Positions 10,998-19,751 of a DNA stretch of 64,000 nt are shown here, one piece after another. A program made the position numbers and the translations under genes. The notes under the pieces were generated by a model. That model was given only the letters and a program-made list of their open reading frames with translations. It was not told the origin of the DNA and made no database searches. Each line of letters starts with the position of its first letter. Position 1 is the stretch's first letter. The DNA lies in contig PBTA01000030.1 in NCBI GenBank assembly GCA_002726395.1, forward strand, positions 29,877-93,876, in the 5' to 3' direction. Source of the DNA: Methanobacteriota archaeon. GTDB lineage: Archaea; Thermoplasmatota; Poseidoniia; Poseidoniales; Poseidoniaceae.

Positions 10998-11603
10998 ATG
11001 TCAGAAATACAACTAGATACATTACTTGAAGCAACATTATTCGGCGCGGGTAGGTCGATGACAGTATCTGAGTTATGTCAGTCATTAGGCTATGATGAGG
11101 AGGAGATGTTGGATTGTTTATTCTCGCTACGTTCCACGCTCAAAAGGCGTCGCGGAGGAGCTCTACAAATCGCTGAAGTAGGTGACAGGTGGGCCATAGA
11201 AGTTAAGCCGGAAATTGCCACTCATTTGCCTAAGGGTGCTAAGACTGATCTGCCAAAAAAATTACTCAAAGCAGCATCTCTTATTGCTTACCATCAGCCA
11301 ATGTCACAATCAAGACTGGTTGAATTATTAGGTCAGAAGGCATATGATTATGTTAGAGAATTAGCTCAATATGGCATGATTGACCGTCGTAAGGACGGTA
11401 ACACCAGAAGATTAACGACCACCAGAAGATTCTCTGAAGCATTTGGTTGCCCTTATACCGACCGTAAAAAAGTCAAAGCATGGTTTAGAGAACAAGTTCA
11501 AAACACCGGTATTCTGGACGAATTAGAAACCAATGATGTGCTAAAAAGTGAAACTGAATATCAAGGGACTGTTCAAGGAACGTTACAATTTGAGGAAGAG
11601 TGA
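10998..11603 (+). CDS. scpB: Segregation and condensation protein B (ScpB)
   Basis: ScpB-like N-terminus (LEATLFGAGRSMTVSELCQSLG). About 200 aa with tandem winged-helix character. Position 3' of scpA. Confidence 0.6.
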   Translation: MSEIQLDTLLEATLFGAGRSMTVSELCQSLGYDEEEMLDCLFSLRSTLKRRRGGALQIAEVGDRWAIEVKPEIATHLPKGAKTDLPKKLLKAASLIAYHQPMSQSRLVELLGQKAYDYVRELAQYGMIDRRKDGNTRRLTTTRRFSEAFGCPYTDRKKVKAWFREQVQNTGILDELETNDVLKSETEYQGTVQGTLQFEEE

Positions 11604-12923
11604 CTATTCATCTCTTAGTTCTTCTAATAATTTCTTGACAGCAGTTTGGGTTTTTGGACCATTTAGTGCTTGTAATCTTGAAGCAACAATTTCAATTTCT
11701 TCTCCCTCTGCGCCAGCGCTTACTGCCATGTTTCTAGAATGTAATTTCATATGTCCGGCCTGAATTCCGCTGGTTGCAAGGGCTCTAAGAGCACCAAGGT
11801 TTTGCGCCAAACCAGCAGCACAAATTATTCCAGCCAGTTCGTTTGCCGATTCAACTCCAAGTATGGCAAGATTAGCTTTTGCAGTTGGGTGGACTTTTGA
11901 TGCACCGCCAACGATTCCTACTGCCATTGGTGTCTCGATACTTCCAATTAAGTTTCCAGATTCATCCCTTGACCAATTGGTCATTGAAGTATAATGATTA
12001 CTTGAGTGTGATGCCCATGCATGGCATCCAGCTTCGATAGCACGCCAGTCTTGGCCACAGGCGACAGCAACGCTGCTTATTGCGTTCATAACGCCTTTAT
12101 TGTGTGTTGTTGCCCTAAACGGGTCACTTACAGCAAAATGATGCGCCTCAATAATTCCTTGAATAACATCAAGTCCATTTTCCCTGGTACCGTCATTGGC
12201 AATCTCTTCGGGAGTGAATGTGGCAGAAACTCTCGCTAATCTGTGGGCGGCTAGATTTGATAGTATCTTCAAATGCACCCTGCCTCCAGTCATTCTTTCA
12301 ATTTCCGGAGCAATCAATTCCGCCATTGTATTAACTGCATTAGCTCCCATAGCGTCTCTGCAATCAACAATAATGTGAAGAATTAGCATTGGGCCTGACA
12401 TGGTTTCGATGATCCTAGTTTCAATTCTCTTACAGCCGCCGCCCAACTTTATCATCATAGAAGGCAGACTATTGCATAAATTGATTATTTCATCCTTTTC
12501 TTGATGTATACTTTTCATAGCCATTTCAAGATCCTCCACATCTAAAATTTGTAATTGGCCAATCATTAGTGGCGCATCATTCTGTGTCCTAAATCCGCCG
12601 TTATCTAAGCATCTCTTGGCCATGTTTGAGGCTGCAGCAACTACACTGGATTCTTCAAGGCAAAATGGGATTAGGTAGTGCTTGCTATCAATGACAAAAT
12701 TAGTTGCAATGCCTACTGGCAATGACATGGTGCCAATGACATTCTCAATCATTCGATCCGCAGCATCATCGTCTAGTTCGCCATTATTGGCAAGTGCTGC
12801 AACATGTTCATCAGAGATGCCAGATAGATTTTGTACTAGCTTTCGCCGTTCTTCAACTGATAATTTGAAGAAACCACTCAATCGACTATTCTCTACAGGC
12901 ATGTCCTCACTATTGGTACCCAT
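11604..12923 (-). CDS. hmgA: Hydroxymethylglutaryl-CoA reductase, class I, soluble catalytic domain
   Basis: DAMGANAVNTMAE (DAMGxN motif). Class I catalytic-domain architecture of about 440 aa without a membrane domain. The start is probably the Met at 12923 rather than 12944. Confidence 0.85.
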   Translation of the reverse strand: MGTNSEDMPVENSRLSGFFKLSVEERRKLVQNLSGISDEHVAALANNGELDDDAADRMIENVIGTMSLPVGIATNFVIDSKHYLIPFCLEESSVVAAASNMAKRCLDNGGFRTQNDAPLMIGQLQILDVEDLEMAMKSIHQEKDEIINLCNSLPSMMIKLGGGCKRIETRIIETMSGPMLILHIIVDCRDAMGANAVNTMAELIAPEIERMTGGRVHLKILSNLAAHRLARVSATFTPEEIANDGTRENGLDVIQGIIEAHHFAVSDPFRATTHNKGVMNAISSVAVACGQDWRAIEAGCHAWASHSSNHYTSMTNWSRDESGNLIGSIETPMAVGIVGGASKVHPTAKANLAILGVESANELAGIICAAGLAQNLGALRALATSGIQAGHMKLHSRNMAVSAGAEGEEIEIVASRLQALNGPKTQTAVKKLLEELRDE

Positions 12924-12944
12924 GGCGAGTCTGCAAATAAGCAA

Positions 12945-13108
12945 TGGGTTGTATGGATGTCAGTTTAACGGGTTTAACGCATTCATTAACGCGTTAATTA
13001 TATGTTAATTATACGTTAATTGGAGAAAATAATCTCACTGAATAAATCGATTGACGCATAATAACGGGTTTAATTGGTGCTAATTATGGTGAAATATCAA
13101 ATACCCTC
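12945..13108. promoter_or_regulatory. AT-rich divergent intergenic region with short direct repeats and a palindrome, lying between hmgA and the ATPase operon
   Basis: Direct repeats seen in sequence: ACGGGTTTAA(T/C) at about 12967 and 13064; GTTAATTATA(T/C) in tandem at about 12992 and 13004; GTTAATTGG at about 13015 and 13069. Palindrome AACGCGTT at about 12987. Confidence 0.4.
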
Positions 13109-14893
13109 TTGGTTGATGGTGCCAACATGCGTGTAGAAGGGTTACAATTTGAGATTCCTGAGTTAGCATACAATCCATTCTCAACAAGTCCATTGGAAAG
13201 TAATCAATCCAACCTTTATGTTGGCCGGCTAGGAGTAAGGGGAAGAATCTCCCAAAATATCAATTTTAGATCTAATCGTAGCATTTTAATGGTCGGCGAA
13301 CTAGGTAGCGGTAGAACATCTTTGCTTCGGTGTGCAGGCGAAGAGGCTCCAGTATACGTCCATATTGACCATATTTCGGCATCTAGACCGGATGAAAGCC
13401 TTCTACATCGTATGTATTCTAGCCTTGTTGGATATGATATACCAAAAAACTCGGTTGAACTAGTAAGTAAAATGGTTGATTTTTCTCGCTCTTTTAATAA
13501 TAAATTGCCACTTATTGTAATTGATACTCCAAATGTGGAGGGAAGCGTACTTTCTGTTGCACTTAGGGATGTATTACCGTCCTTAGAACGTCTACAGGCA
13601 GTAATTGTTGTAGTTGTAGAACCAAAACAGAGAATGAACATTCCAGATTATTTATTGAGTACATTTGCCAACGAAGTCAGTATTAACCCACTAACTGTAG
13701 ACGAAGTACAAGTATTGGTAGAACGGCGTATTTTATCGGTTACTAATCAGCCATTCAGTCTTAGCTTTGATGATGCTAAAATAATACATCAAAAAACCTC
13801 TGGAATGCCGATTAAAATCGTTAAATTCATGCGTGATGCAATAGACAACACGATGATGAACAACGTTGGAATTGATTTTTCGATTAAGAATGATGTTATA
13901 GAATCTCAGCCAGAAGTAACTCAAGACTTTGGATATGCCGAAGAAGAAACTAACTTAATAATTGATTCAATTGATGACCAAACAGTAATTGACGCATCTA
14001 TGCCATGGACTGAAAGAGATGAGTTAAGTGAACTAAGCTCGCAAATAGAAACTGCTGACCCGTTTGGTTTTGAGCTAGATTTAGACGAGTTGTCAGAATC
14101 TCAACAATTTGATGAAGAGGTTCAAGAACATACATTTTCAGCATTTCCTTCTAATGATGCTGCCATTACTGAAACAAAAAAACCACGCCCTCACATTGAT
14201 GCGGGAGCTTTTGGTGGACTGTTAGGGAGGACACGAGACTTTGCTGAAATTGAGGAGTCTGAACCAGACCATATGGTCAATGAAATGGAAACTCAGGGAG
14301 CAGAACTGTGGGTGTCCAAAGAGATGATTGAAGTAGAAGAAAAAATAGAATTTACTGCCGAAGACTCGGCAGAATTAATTCACGATGAGATCGGTATCGA
14401 GTCAAATGATGAACCGTTTGAATTGCCCCTAAATCAAACAATAGAGCGCGTAGAGGAATCTAACCATGGTCAAAATTTAGGAGTGTTGTCTAGTCAAATA
14501 GCCACATTATTGGCTCCGCTAATAAATAATAATATAATTTCAGGCGATTTTGATACAAGTTCCAATCGGTTCATAAGCGCATTAATGGGTATGTCAAATC
14601 AAAATTTTTCAGCCAAAACCGATTATCCATTAGACCCGTTGGCTCTTTCTTCATTAACCTCTAATGAATCATATGTTTTGTCAATTGCTAGATTAAGGAG
14701 ATATTCTCCTAGCGATAAAGAAATATTGACTCATCTGTCGATTAAAAGGCCTAGATTGTCACAAATAAGTAATAAGTTACTAAAATTAGGAATATTAAAT
14801 GTTAGAATGAAAGGCCGGAATCGCTATTTCGAACTTACCCAAGCAGCCAAAGCGCAATTAATTGCTTGGGGCATTATTGGAGGTGATGAATGA
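13109..14893 (+). CDS. Archaeal-type ATPase (PF01637-like AAA) with a degenerate Walker A, an acidic linker and a C-terminal winged HTH
   Basis: GRLGVRGRI...ILMVGELGSGRTSLL resembles the Arch_ATPase motif (GRxxEL...G.RRxGKTSLL) but with Arg in place of the Walker-A Lys. Walker B-like LIVIDTP. Sensor-like NPLTVDEV. A roughly 200-aa very acidic middle region. C-terminal wHTH-like segment (ILTHLSIKRPRLSQISNKLLKLGILN...RYFELT). Confidence 0.45.
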   Translation: MVDGANMRVEGLQFEIPELAYNPFSTSPLESNQSNLYVGRLGVRGRISQNINFRSNRSILMVGELGSGRTSLLRCAGEEAPVYVHIDHISASRPDESLLHRMYSSLVGYDIPKNSVELVSKMVDFSRSFNNKLPLIVIDTPNVEGSVLSVALRDVLPSLERLQAVIVVVVEPKQRMNIPDYLLSTFANEVSINPLTVDEVQVLVERRILSVTNQPFSLSFDDAKIIHQKTSGMPIKIVKFMRDAIDNTMMNNVGIDFSIKNDVIESQPEVTQDFGYAEEETNLIIDSIDDQTVIDASMPWTERDELSELSSQIETADPFGFELDLDELSESQQFDEEVQEHTFSAFPSNDAAITETKKPRPHIDAGAFGGLLGRTRDFAEIEESEPDHMVNEMETQGAELWVSKEMIEVEEKIEFTAEDSAELIHDEIGIESNDEPFELPLNQTIERVEESNHGQNLGVLSSQIATLLAPLINNNIISGDFDTSSNRFISALMGMSNQNFSAKTDYPLDPLALSSLTSNESYVLSIARLRRYSPSDKEILTHLSIKRPRLSQISNKLLKLGILNVRMKGRNRYFELTQAAKAQLIAWGIIGGDE

Positions 14894-15939
14894 TGACTTG
14901 GAGTATTTCGTGGTCATGGCAAGCACCTTCTAGAATCTCATGTATTGCAGCAGTTGAAGGTGGAGTTGTAATAAGCAATGGTCTAGAGCTACATCTATTA
15001 GAATCAGATGGAAGTAAAAGGTGGTCAATTAAAACCCCATTCAAGGTTCATTCAATTTACTATAATAATGGGATTTTAGCAGCCTTAGCAGCACATGGCT
15101 TCTATGTAATATCAACTACTGATGGAAGTATGATTCATGATGGCAGGTCTACTTATGGTGGATTTAATGATGTCATGAGTAGGCCAGGTGGGGGTTGGAT
15201 TTTATCAGGCAAGGAAGGGCAATTGCACTTATTTTCTCATGAGGGAATTGGCATTAAAAGATTTGAAACAGGCAAGGTTAGAAGATTAGTCGGTTGGTTG
15301 GACAGAGAGCATATTCTATGGCAATCAGATGATGGTTTGTTGTGGTGTGGCCGATTAGGTAATAATTACGCAAAAAGGTGTTTAGAAGATCGCATCTGGA
15401 GTTGGGTTTCTCGATTAGATAGCGGGCGTCTGGTACTTCAGACAAGTTCTGGTGAGATTTGGGAAGGTATTCCCCATCCATTTGGCTGGGATCATATTGA
15501 AAAATTACAATCCGATTCTTTGGAACCAATGGAAGGGATTCGCTGTGGAGATGGATGGTGGATTCTAGGGATTGAAGGTTTACTGTACCATCTGTCAAAT
15601 TCATCCGATAGTGAAAGCAGTCAATTAGGTAATGAAATGAATTTAGGAGATTTATTGGCAAAAATTACCAATGATAGTATGGTTACTGCAACTAGAAATG
15701 GTTTAATTCGAATGTGGAAAGCACCTCACCTAGCAAACTCAGAGCGTGAGAGTCGTTACCAAGCAGCTGCTGAAGCCGCACTAGCAAGAGATTGGGAAGA
15801 ACGTAAAGCGATATTTATTAGAGCCCAACAATCAGAAACGGAAGGAAGATTATCTCTTGCTGTTGAATTATACCAATCATTAGGCAGACAAGAGGATGTC
15901 AAGCGTTTGTTAAAACGGCAGAAGGAGGATGGAGAATGA
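14890..15939 (+). CDS. Beta-propeller (PQQ/WD40-like) repeat protein
   Basis: Repeated W/G-rich blade-like segments (GGVVIS...WSI, GILAAL...YVIS, GGWILSG...LHLF, GRLVLQTSSGEIW, GDGWWILG). The start overlaps the upstream stop (ATGA). Confidence 0.4.
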   Translation: MMTWSISWSWQAPSRISCIAAVEGGVVISNGLELHLLESDGSKRWSIKTPFKVHSIYYNNGILAALAAHGFYVISTTDGSMIHDGRSTYGGFNDVMSRPGGGWILSGKEGQLHLFSHEGIGIKRFETGKVRRLVGWLDREHILWQSDDGLLWCGRLGNNYAKRCLEDRIWSWVSRLDSGRLVLQTSSGEIWEGIPHPFGWDHIEKLQSDSLEPMEGIRCGDGWWILGIEGLLYHLSNSSDSESSQLGNEMNLGDLLAKITNDSMVTATRNGLIRMWKAPHLANSERESRYQAAAEAALARDWEERKAIFIRAQQSETEGRLSLAVELYQSLGRQEDVKRLLKRQKEDGE

Positions 15940-16235
15940 CCGATATTAACGACAAAATTAGCGAAGAAAAACTAACACATTATTTGAATTTGACCAAAGA
16001 AGCCCGTAAAAAGGCCACACCTATTCATGAAAAGGGTACTGAGCAAGATGATATGTTAGCAGTTTTGCTGAGGATGGCAGATGACTATACCAGTGATGCG
16101 CAGCATTTCATGAAAATAGGAGATTATATCAGAGCCTATGGGGCAATAAATTATGCCCATGCATGGATTGATGCAGGAGTTAAATTAAGGTTGTTAGATG
16201 GTCATGGGGATGACCGACTATTCACTCTGCCATAA
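15936..16235 (+). CDS. Hypothetical 99-aa protein, third gene of the ATPase/beta-propeller operon
   Basis: ATGA start/stop overlap with the upstream gene. No recognised motif. Confidence 0.3.
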   Translation: MTDINDKISEEKLTHYLNLTKEARKKATPIHEKGTEQDDMLAVLLRMADDYTSDAQHFMKIGDYIRAYGAINYAHAWIDAGVKLRLLDGHGDDRLFTLP

Positions 16236-16240
16236 CCGTT

Positions 16241-16669
16241 CTATAGACCTTCTATCAAATTTAGATGGTTATTCTTAACCACTTCAACAACGTCAATACC
16301 AGATTTGAATAATCTTCTTTTTAGGTCTTTGTCCACTGTCAAAACAGCTAATTGATGATTAACTGCTAAATCATAGATAATATCGTCTGTGTGCCTTAAA
16401 TCATGTGAAATATGATTTATTTCATTTGACTTTTTGGCCAGAAGTTCTAGCAGCAAGGTGTTTTTTCTTGTCCGTTTAACACTTAATCTTTCTAGTTCTT
16501 CTGTTATTTCGGGTAGTAGTATTAATTCAAAATTGCCAAATAGATGTTCCAATTCTATTTCAAAATTAATCCCAGCATCAATTATGGCCACCCAGCCACA
16601 CGCATCGATAATGATTCGTTGAGTCATTATACCGCCTATTGTATTATGCCGTATCCAATTAATCGCCAA
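16241..16669 (-). CDS. PIN-domain protein (COG1412-like) of the conserved archaeal S6e-aIF2gamma-PIN operon
   Basis: N-terminal IIIDACGWVAIIDAG (PIN Asp pocket). About 140 aa. Overlaps the 3' end of the aIF2gamma gene. Conserved archaeal gene order. Confidence 0.55.
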   Translation of the reverse strand: MAINWIRHNTIGGIMTQRIIIDACGWVAIIDAGINFEIELEHLFGNFELILLPEITEELERLSVKRTRKNTLLLELLAKKSNEINHISHDLRHTDDIIYDLAVNHQLAVLTVDKDLKRRLFKSGIDVVEVVKNNHLNLIEGL

Positions 16670-17883
16670 CGAGAACCGATTCTTCTTGAAAGTGAAACCC
16701 GTTCTCCAGAGTCAACACAGATTGGAAGCCTTAATTCTAAAGCAGTCCTTGTCTTTTCAGCGTTTCTGGTTACGCCAACAGATGTCGCAGTTGCTACATT
16801 AATCATCAACATTTCATTATTTCTTAGCGGTTGAATTTTTTCTGGTTTATCTTGATCTGAAGAAACCATTGATTCCATTAAGTGTACTGATATTTCTAAC
16901 GCAGACCTCACTTCAGGCAATTCGCCTTCTAGTGAGACCACTTGTCCCGATAAGTTATCTGAGGTGGTTATTGATGGGTCAAGTTTAGTGGCAAGCCCAC
17001 AAAGGCCTCCAGCATGCATTTTTTCTAACGCTATACCTCCACCTTGCATACTGGTAACAGTAGCAGAAATTGGTTCCCATCTAGTTTTAGATCCTTGTTC
17101 TATTTTTCTTCCAGGTCCAATAACAACCTTGTCACCAATTTTAAATTCGCCTCTAACAATACTACCACCAATCACTCCACCCAACAGCTTTGCTGGTCTG
17201 GTGCCCGGGCGATTAATGTCAAATGACCTTGCAACATGCATCAATGGCTTTTCTTTTTCATCCCGCTTTGGGGTTGGAATCGTGTTCTCTATGGCATCAA
17301 TAAGAATATCTAGATTAACATCATGGTGAGCAGACACAGGTATAATAGGTGCATTTTCTGCCACCGTGCCGCTCAAAAATTCCTTAATTTCTTGATGAGA
17401 TTCAATCGCACGCTCCCTACTGACTAGATCAATCTTATTTTGAACAACTACAATATTTTTTATCCCAGACATATTCAAAGCCATCAAATGCTCTCTAGTC
17501 TGAGGCTGGGGGCATTTTTCATTAGCAGCAACCATCAACATTGCGCCATCCATTATTGATGCGCCTGTTATCATGATTGCCATTAATGTCTCGTGCCCAG
17601 GTGCATCGACAAAGGACACAACTCTCTGTAAATCGTCAGGAGAATCTTTCTTACCTTCTGGATGTTTACCAGTAGCGTAGTAAGTGCCGTCACCAGTTTT
17701 GTAAAATGCAGTATCAGCATATCCAAGTTTAATCGATATACCTCTTTTCCTTTCTTCAGAGTGAGTGTCAGTCCAAACTCCGGAAAGAGCTTTTGTCAAA
17801 GTGGTTTTACCGTGATCTACGTGACCAACTAGTCCAATGTTTACAGTTGGCTGCTCGGGAAGTTTTCTCGCCATTCCCGTCAA
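16636..17883 (-). CDS. eif2g: Translation initiation factor aIF-2 gamma subunit
   Basis: G1 GHVDHGKTTL, G3 DAPGHE, G4 NKID. A Cys-containing zinc knuckle typical of aIF2gamma. About 415 aa. Confidence 0.9.
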   Translation of the reverse strand: MTGMARKLPEQPTVNIGLVGHVDHGKTTLTKALSGVWTDTHSEERKRGISIKLGYADTAFYKTGDGTYYATGKHPEGKKDSPDDLQRVVSFVDAPGHETLMAIMITGASIMDGAMLMVAANEKCPQPQTREHLMALNMSGIKNIVVVQNKIDLVSRERAIESHQEIKEFLSGTVAENAPIIPVSAHHDVNLDILIDAIENTIPTPKRDEKEKPLMHVARSFDINRPGTRPAKLLGGVIGGSIVRGEFKIGDKVVIGPGRKIEQGSKTRWEPISATVTSMQGGGIALEKMHAGGLCGLATKLDPSITTSDNLSGQVVSLEGELPEVRSALEISVHLMESMVSSDQDKPEKIQPLRNNEMLMINVATATSVGVTRNAEKTRTALELRLPICVDSGERVSLSRRIGSRWRLIGYGIIQ

Positions 17884-17910
17884 CCCCTACTACGAAAACC
17901 CTCTCGGGAT

Positions 17911-18402
17911 TCACTCCGATGTTTCCTCGCTTTCCGAAGCAAGAATGTCAGATAGTGCTTTCTTGCCAGACTCGATAACTTTGAGGTTAACTTGCCTAGT
18001 GTCTTGAGTAATAGTGTTGCCACGGAAGTTTCTACGCTTCCTTAGACCGTCTGGTTTGTAGCGGAATCGCTTCTTCTCTCCGCCTTTATTCTTGAATACT
18101 AAACTATGACCTTTGAAGCCAGTTGAAGCAGTAACTAGGATTGACTGGCGAGAGCCGCCTTCTAGATCTCTTCTAAGCGGAGTTCCAGTTTTGTCAGAGC
18201 CCCCAGTAATTTGTAGTTTGTAACCAGAAAGAGTTTGGTCACCTTCTCCGACAAAAATACCATCGACAACATCGCCAATTTTCTTGCCAAGTAATTGAGA
18301 GTGATTGTTACCACTTATTTTCACTGAATAGGCTTTGCCGTTACTCTTTGGGTTTGTGTCATTTACGACAGCAACGAGTTCTCCTTGTTGACCAGTAGCC
18401 AT
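17911..18402 (-). CDS. rps6e: 30S ribosomal protein S6e
   Basis: MATGQQGELVAVVNDTNPKSNGKAYSV...GFKGHSLVFKNKGGEKKRFRYKPDGLRKRRNFRGNTITQDTRQVNLKVIE matches the S6e family. The start is probably the Met at 18402; the ORF track extends to 18453. Confidence 0.8.
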   Translation of the reverse strand: MATGQQGELVAVVNDTNPKSNGKAYSVKISGNNHSQLLGKKIGDVVDGIFVGEGDQTLSGYKLQITGGSDKTGTPLRRDLEGGSRQSILVTASTGFKGHSLVFKNKGGEKKRFRYKPDGLRKRRNFRGNTITQDTRQVNLKVIESGKKALSDILASESEETSE

Positions 18403-18481
18403 ATTAACGCCTCTAAGACAGGTTGCCGAACAGTGACCTGTATTTATGCTCACCGCATAAACCGTTGACTAGAATTTGCCA

Positions 18482-19726
18482 TCAGAATTGTTTTTTCACC
18501 AACATTTCTAATCTCTTAGCAATGTCACTGGGTAAGAAATGCGGCATTGAAAGATGGGTAGTTCTTCCTCTTCCACCGGTAACTGTAGATATTCTGGTGA
18601 CGATTAATTGTCGCTTCTCGAGTTCTTTGAGATACTTCCATAATGTGGTGTGGCTCTTCATTTTTTCATCATATTCTTCACAAACTACGGCGTATAGGTT
18701 TTCTACATCTCCAGTAGTCATAGAACTCTCTTTTCTAAGTCTTCGACAAATTGCTAAAAGAACCAACATTGCGTGGGGTTGAAGATTTTCCAACGCATCA
18801 ATTTCGCTAACAATATCAACTGAAAGTTCTTTGTCTTTTGAGTGTACATCATCGGCACTAATTTCCCTTAGTGTGTGATCATCTTGTCTTATTTCACAAG
18901 CCTCTGCTGCGGCTTTTAGTAACTCGATTGCCAATCTAGCATCGCCTATTGGAGCAGATTTTTGTGCTATAAGTCTAATTATGTCATCTGAGCATGAGCC
19001 ATTTGCCAAAGATAAATCAGCTCTCTGTTTACTAATTTTATACAACTCATCTTCATTATATGACGGGATTTGAATCAAGTTGGTTTTCCCCATTCTTGAT
19101 AGGACTGCAGTCTCTAAAACATCGATAATTTGTTCCTGGCTAATTAGAATTAGTGACAGAGTACCTTTGCCTTCTTGGTCTTCATCAATTCGGAGTAGTT
19201 GATACAGAATATCGTCTCCCGATTTTCTCAACATGTGGTCAACTTCATCTAATATCACGATTAAATGAGCAGAATTTCGCCTGGTTAGCTTTCTTAAACT
19301 GAGTAGTAACTCTCCCATAGATAGCCCTCTATCTGGGTGTCCTGGGTCTATTGCGTGTAGTATTCGTTGAACAACCCTAGTGCTAGTTGATGCGTTACGG
19401 CAGTTAACATGAGCTATGCGAATCTCTCTTCTATTGGCTAAATGTCGTTTAAGGTCACGGCAGAAGGTTTTGACAAGAACAGTTTTACCACTCCCTACTG
19501 GACCTGATATGACTGCTCTGCAACTAGTCTCTGGCTTGTCTATAGAAGAAAATCTAGCAGCCAACTTATTTTGAAAATCTTCTCTTCCAACAATGTTTTC
19601 TGGTACATAATCAAAATCTAAAGGTCCTGGGTCTTTGATTACGTAACCGGCACCAATTCGGTCAAGATAGCCACTCATAACATCGGAAGGGTTACGCCAA
19701 CCGTTATTGAATATACGCTTTAACAA
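18482..19726 (-). CDS. cdc6: Orc1/Cdc6 replication initiator
   Basis: AAA+ Walker A VISGPVGSGKTVLV. Walker B ILDEVD. C-terminal winged helix. About 414 aa. Confidence 0.85.
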   Translation of the reverse strand: MLKRIFNNGWRNPSDVMSGYLDRIGAGYVIKDPGPLDFDYVPENIVGREDFQNKLAARFSSIDKPETSCRAVISGPVGSGKTVLVKTFCRDLKRHLANRREIRIAHVNCRNASTSTRVVQRILHAIDPGHPDRGLSMGELLLSLRKLTRRNSAHLIVILDEVDHMLRKSGDDILYQLLRIDEDQEGKGTLSLILISQEQIIDVLETAVLSRMGKTNLIQIPSYNEDELYKISKQRADLSLANGSCSDDIIRLIAQKSAPIGDARLAIELLKAAAEACEIRQDDHTLREISADDVHSKDKELSVDIVSEIDALENLQPHAMLVLLAICRRLRKESSMTTGDVENLYAVVCEEYDEKMKSHTTLWKYLKELEKRQLIVTRISTVTGGRGRTTHLSMPHFLPSDIAKRLEMLVKKQF

Positions 19727-19751
19727 CGACTAATTATTGATATTTTCTCAG

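Noticed and set aside
18454-19751. Replication origin adjacent to orc1/cdc6
   Set aside because: Only 25-28 bp of non-coding DNA flank cdc6 on either side. There is no AT-rich DUE or ORB repeat array, so no origin can be supported here.
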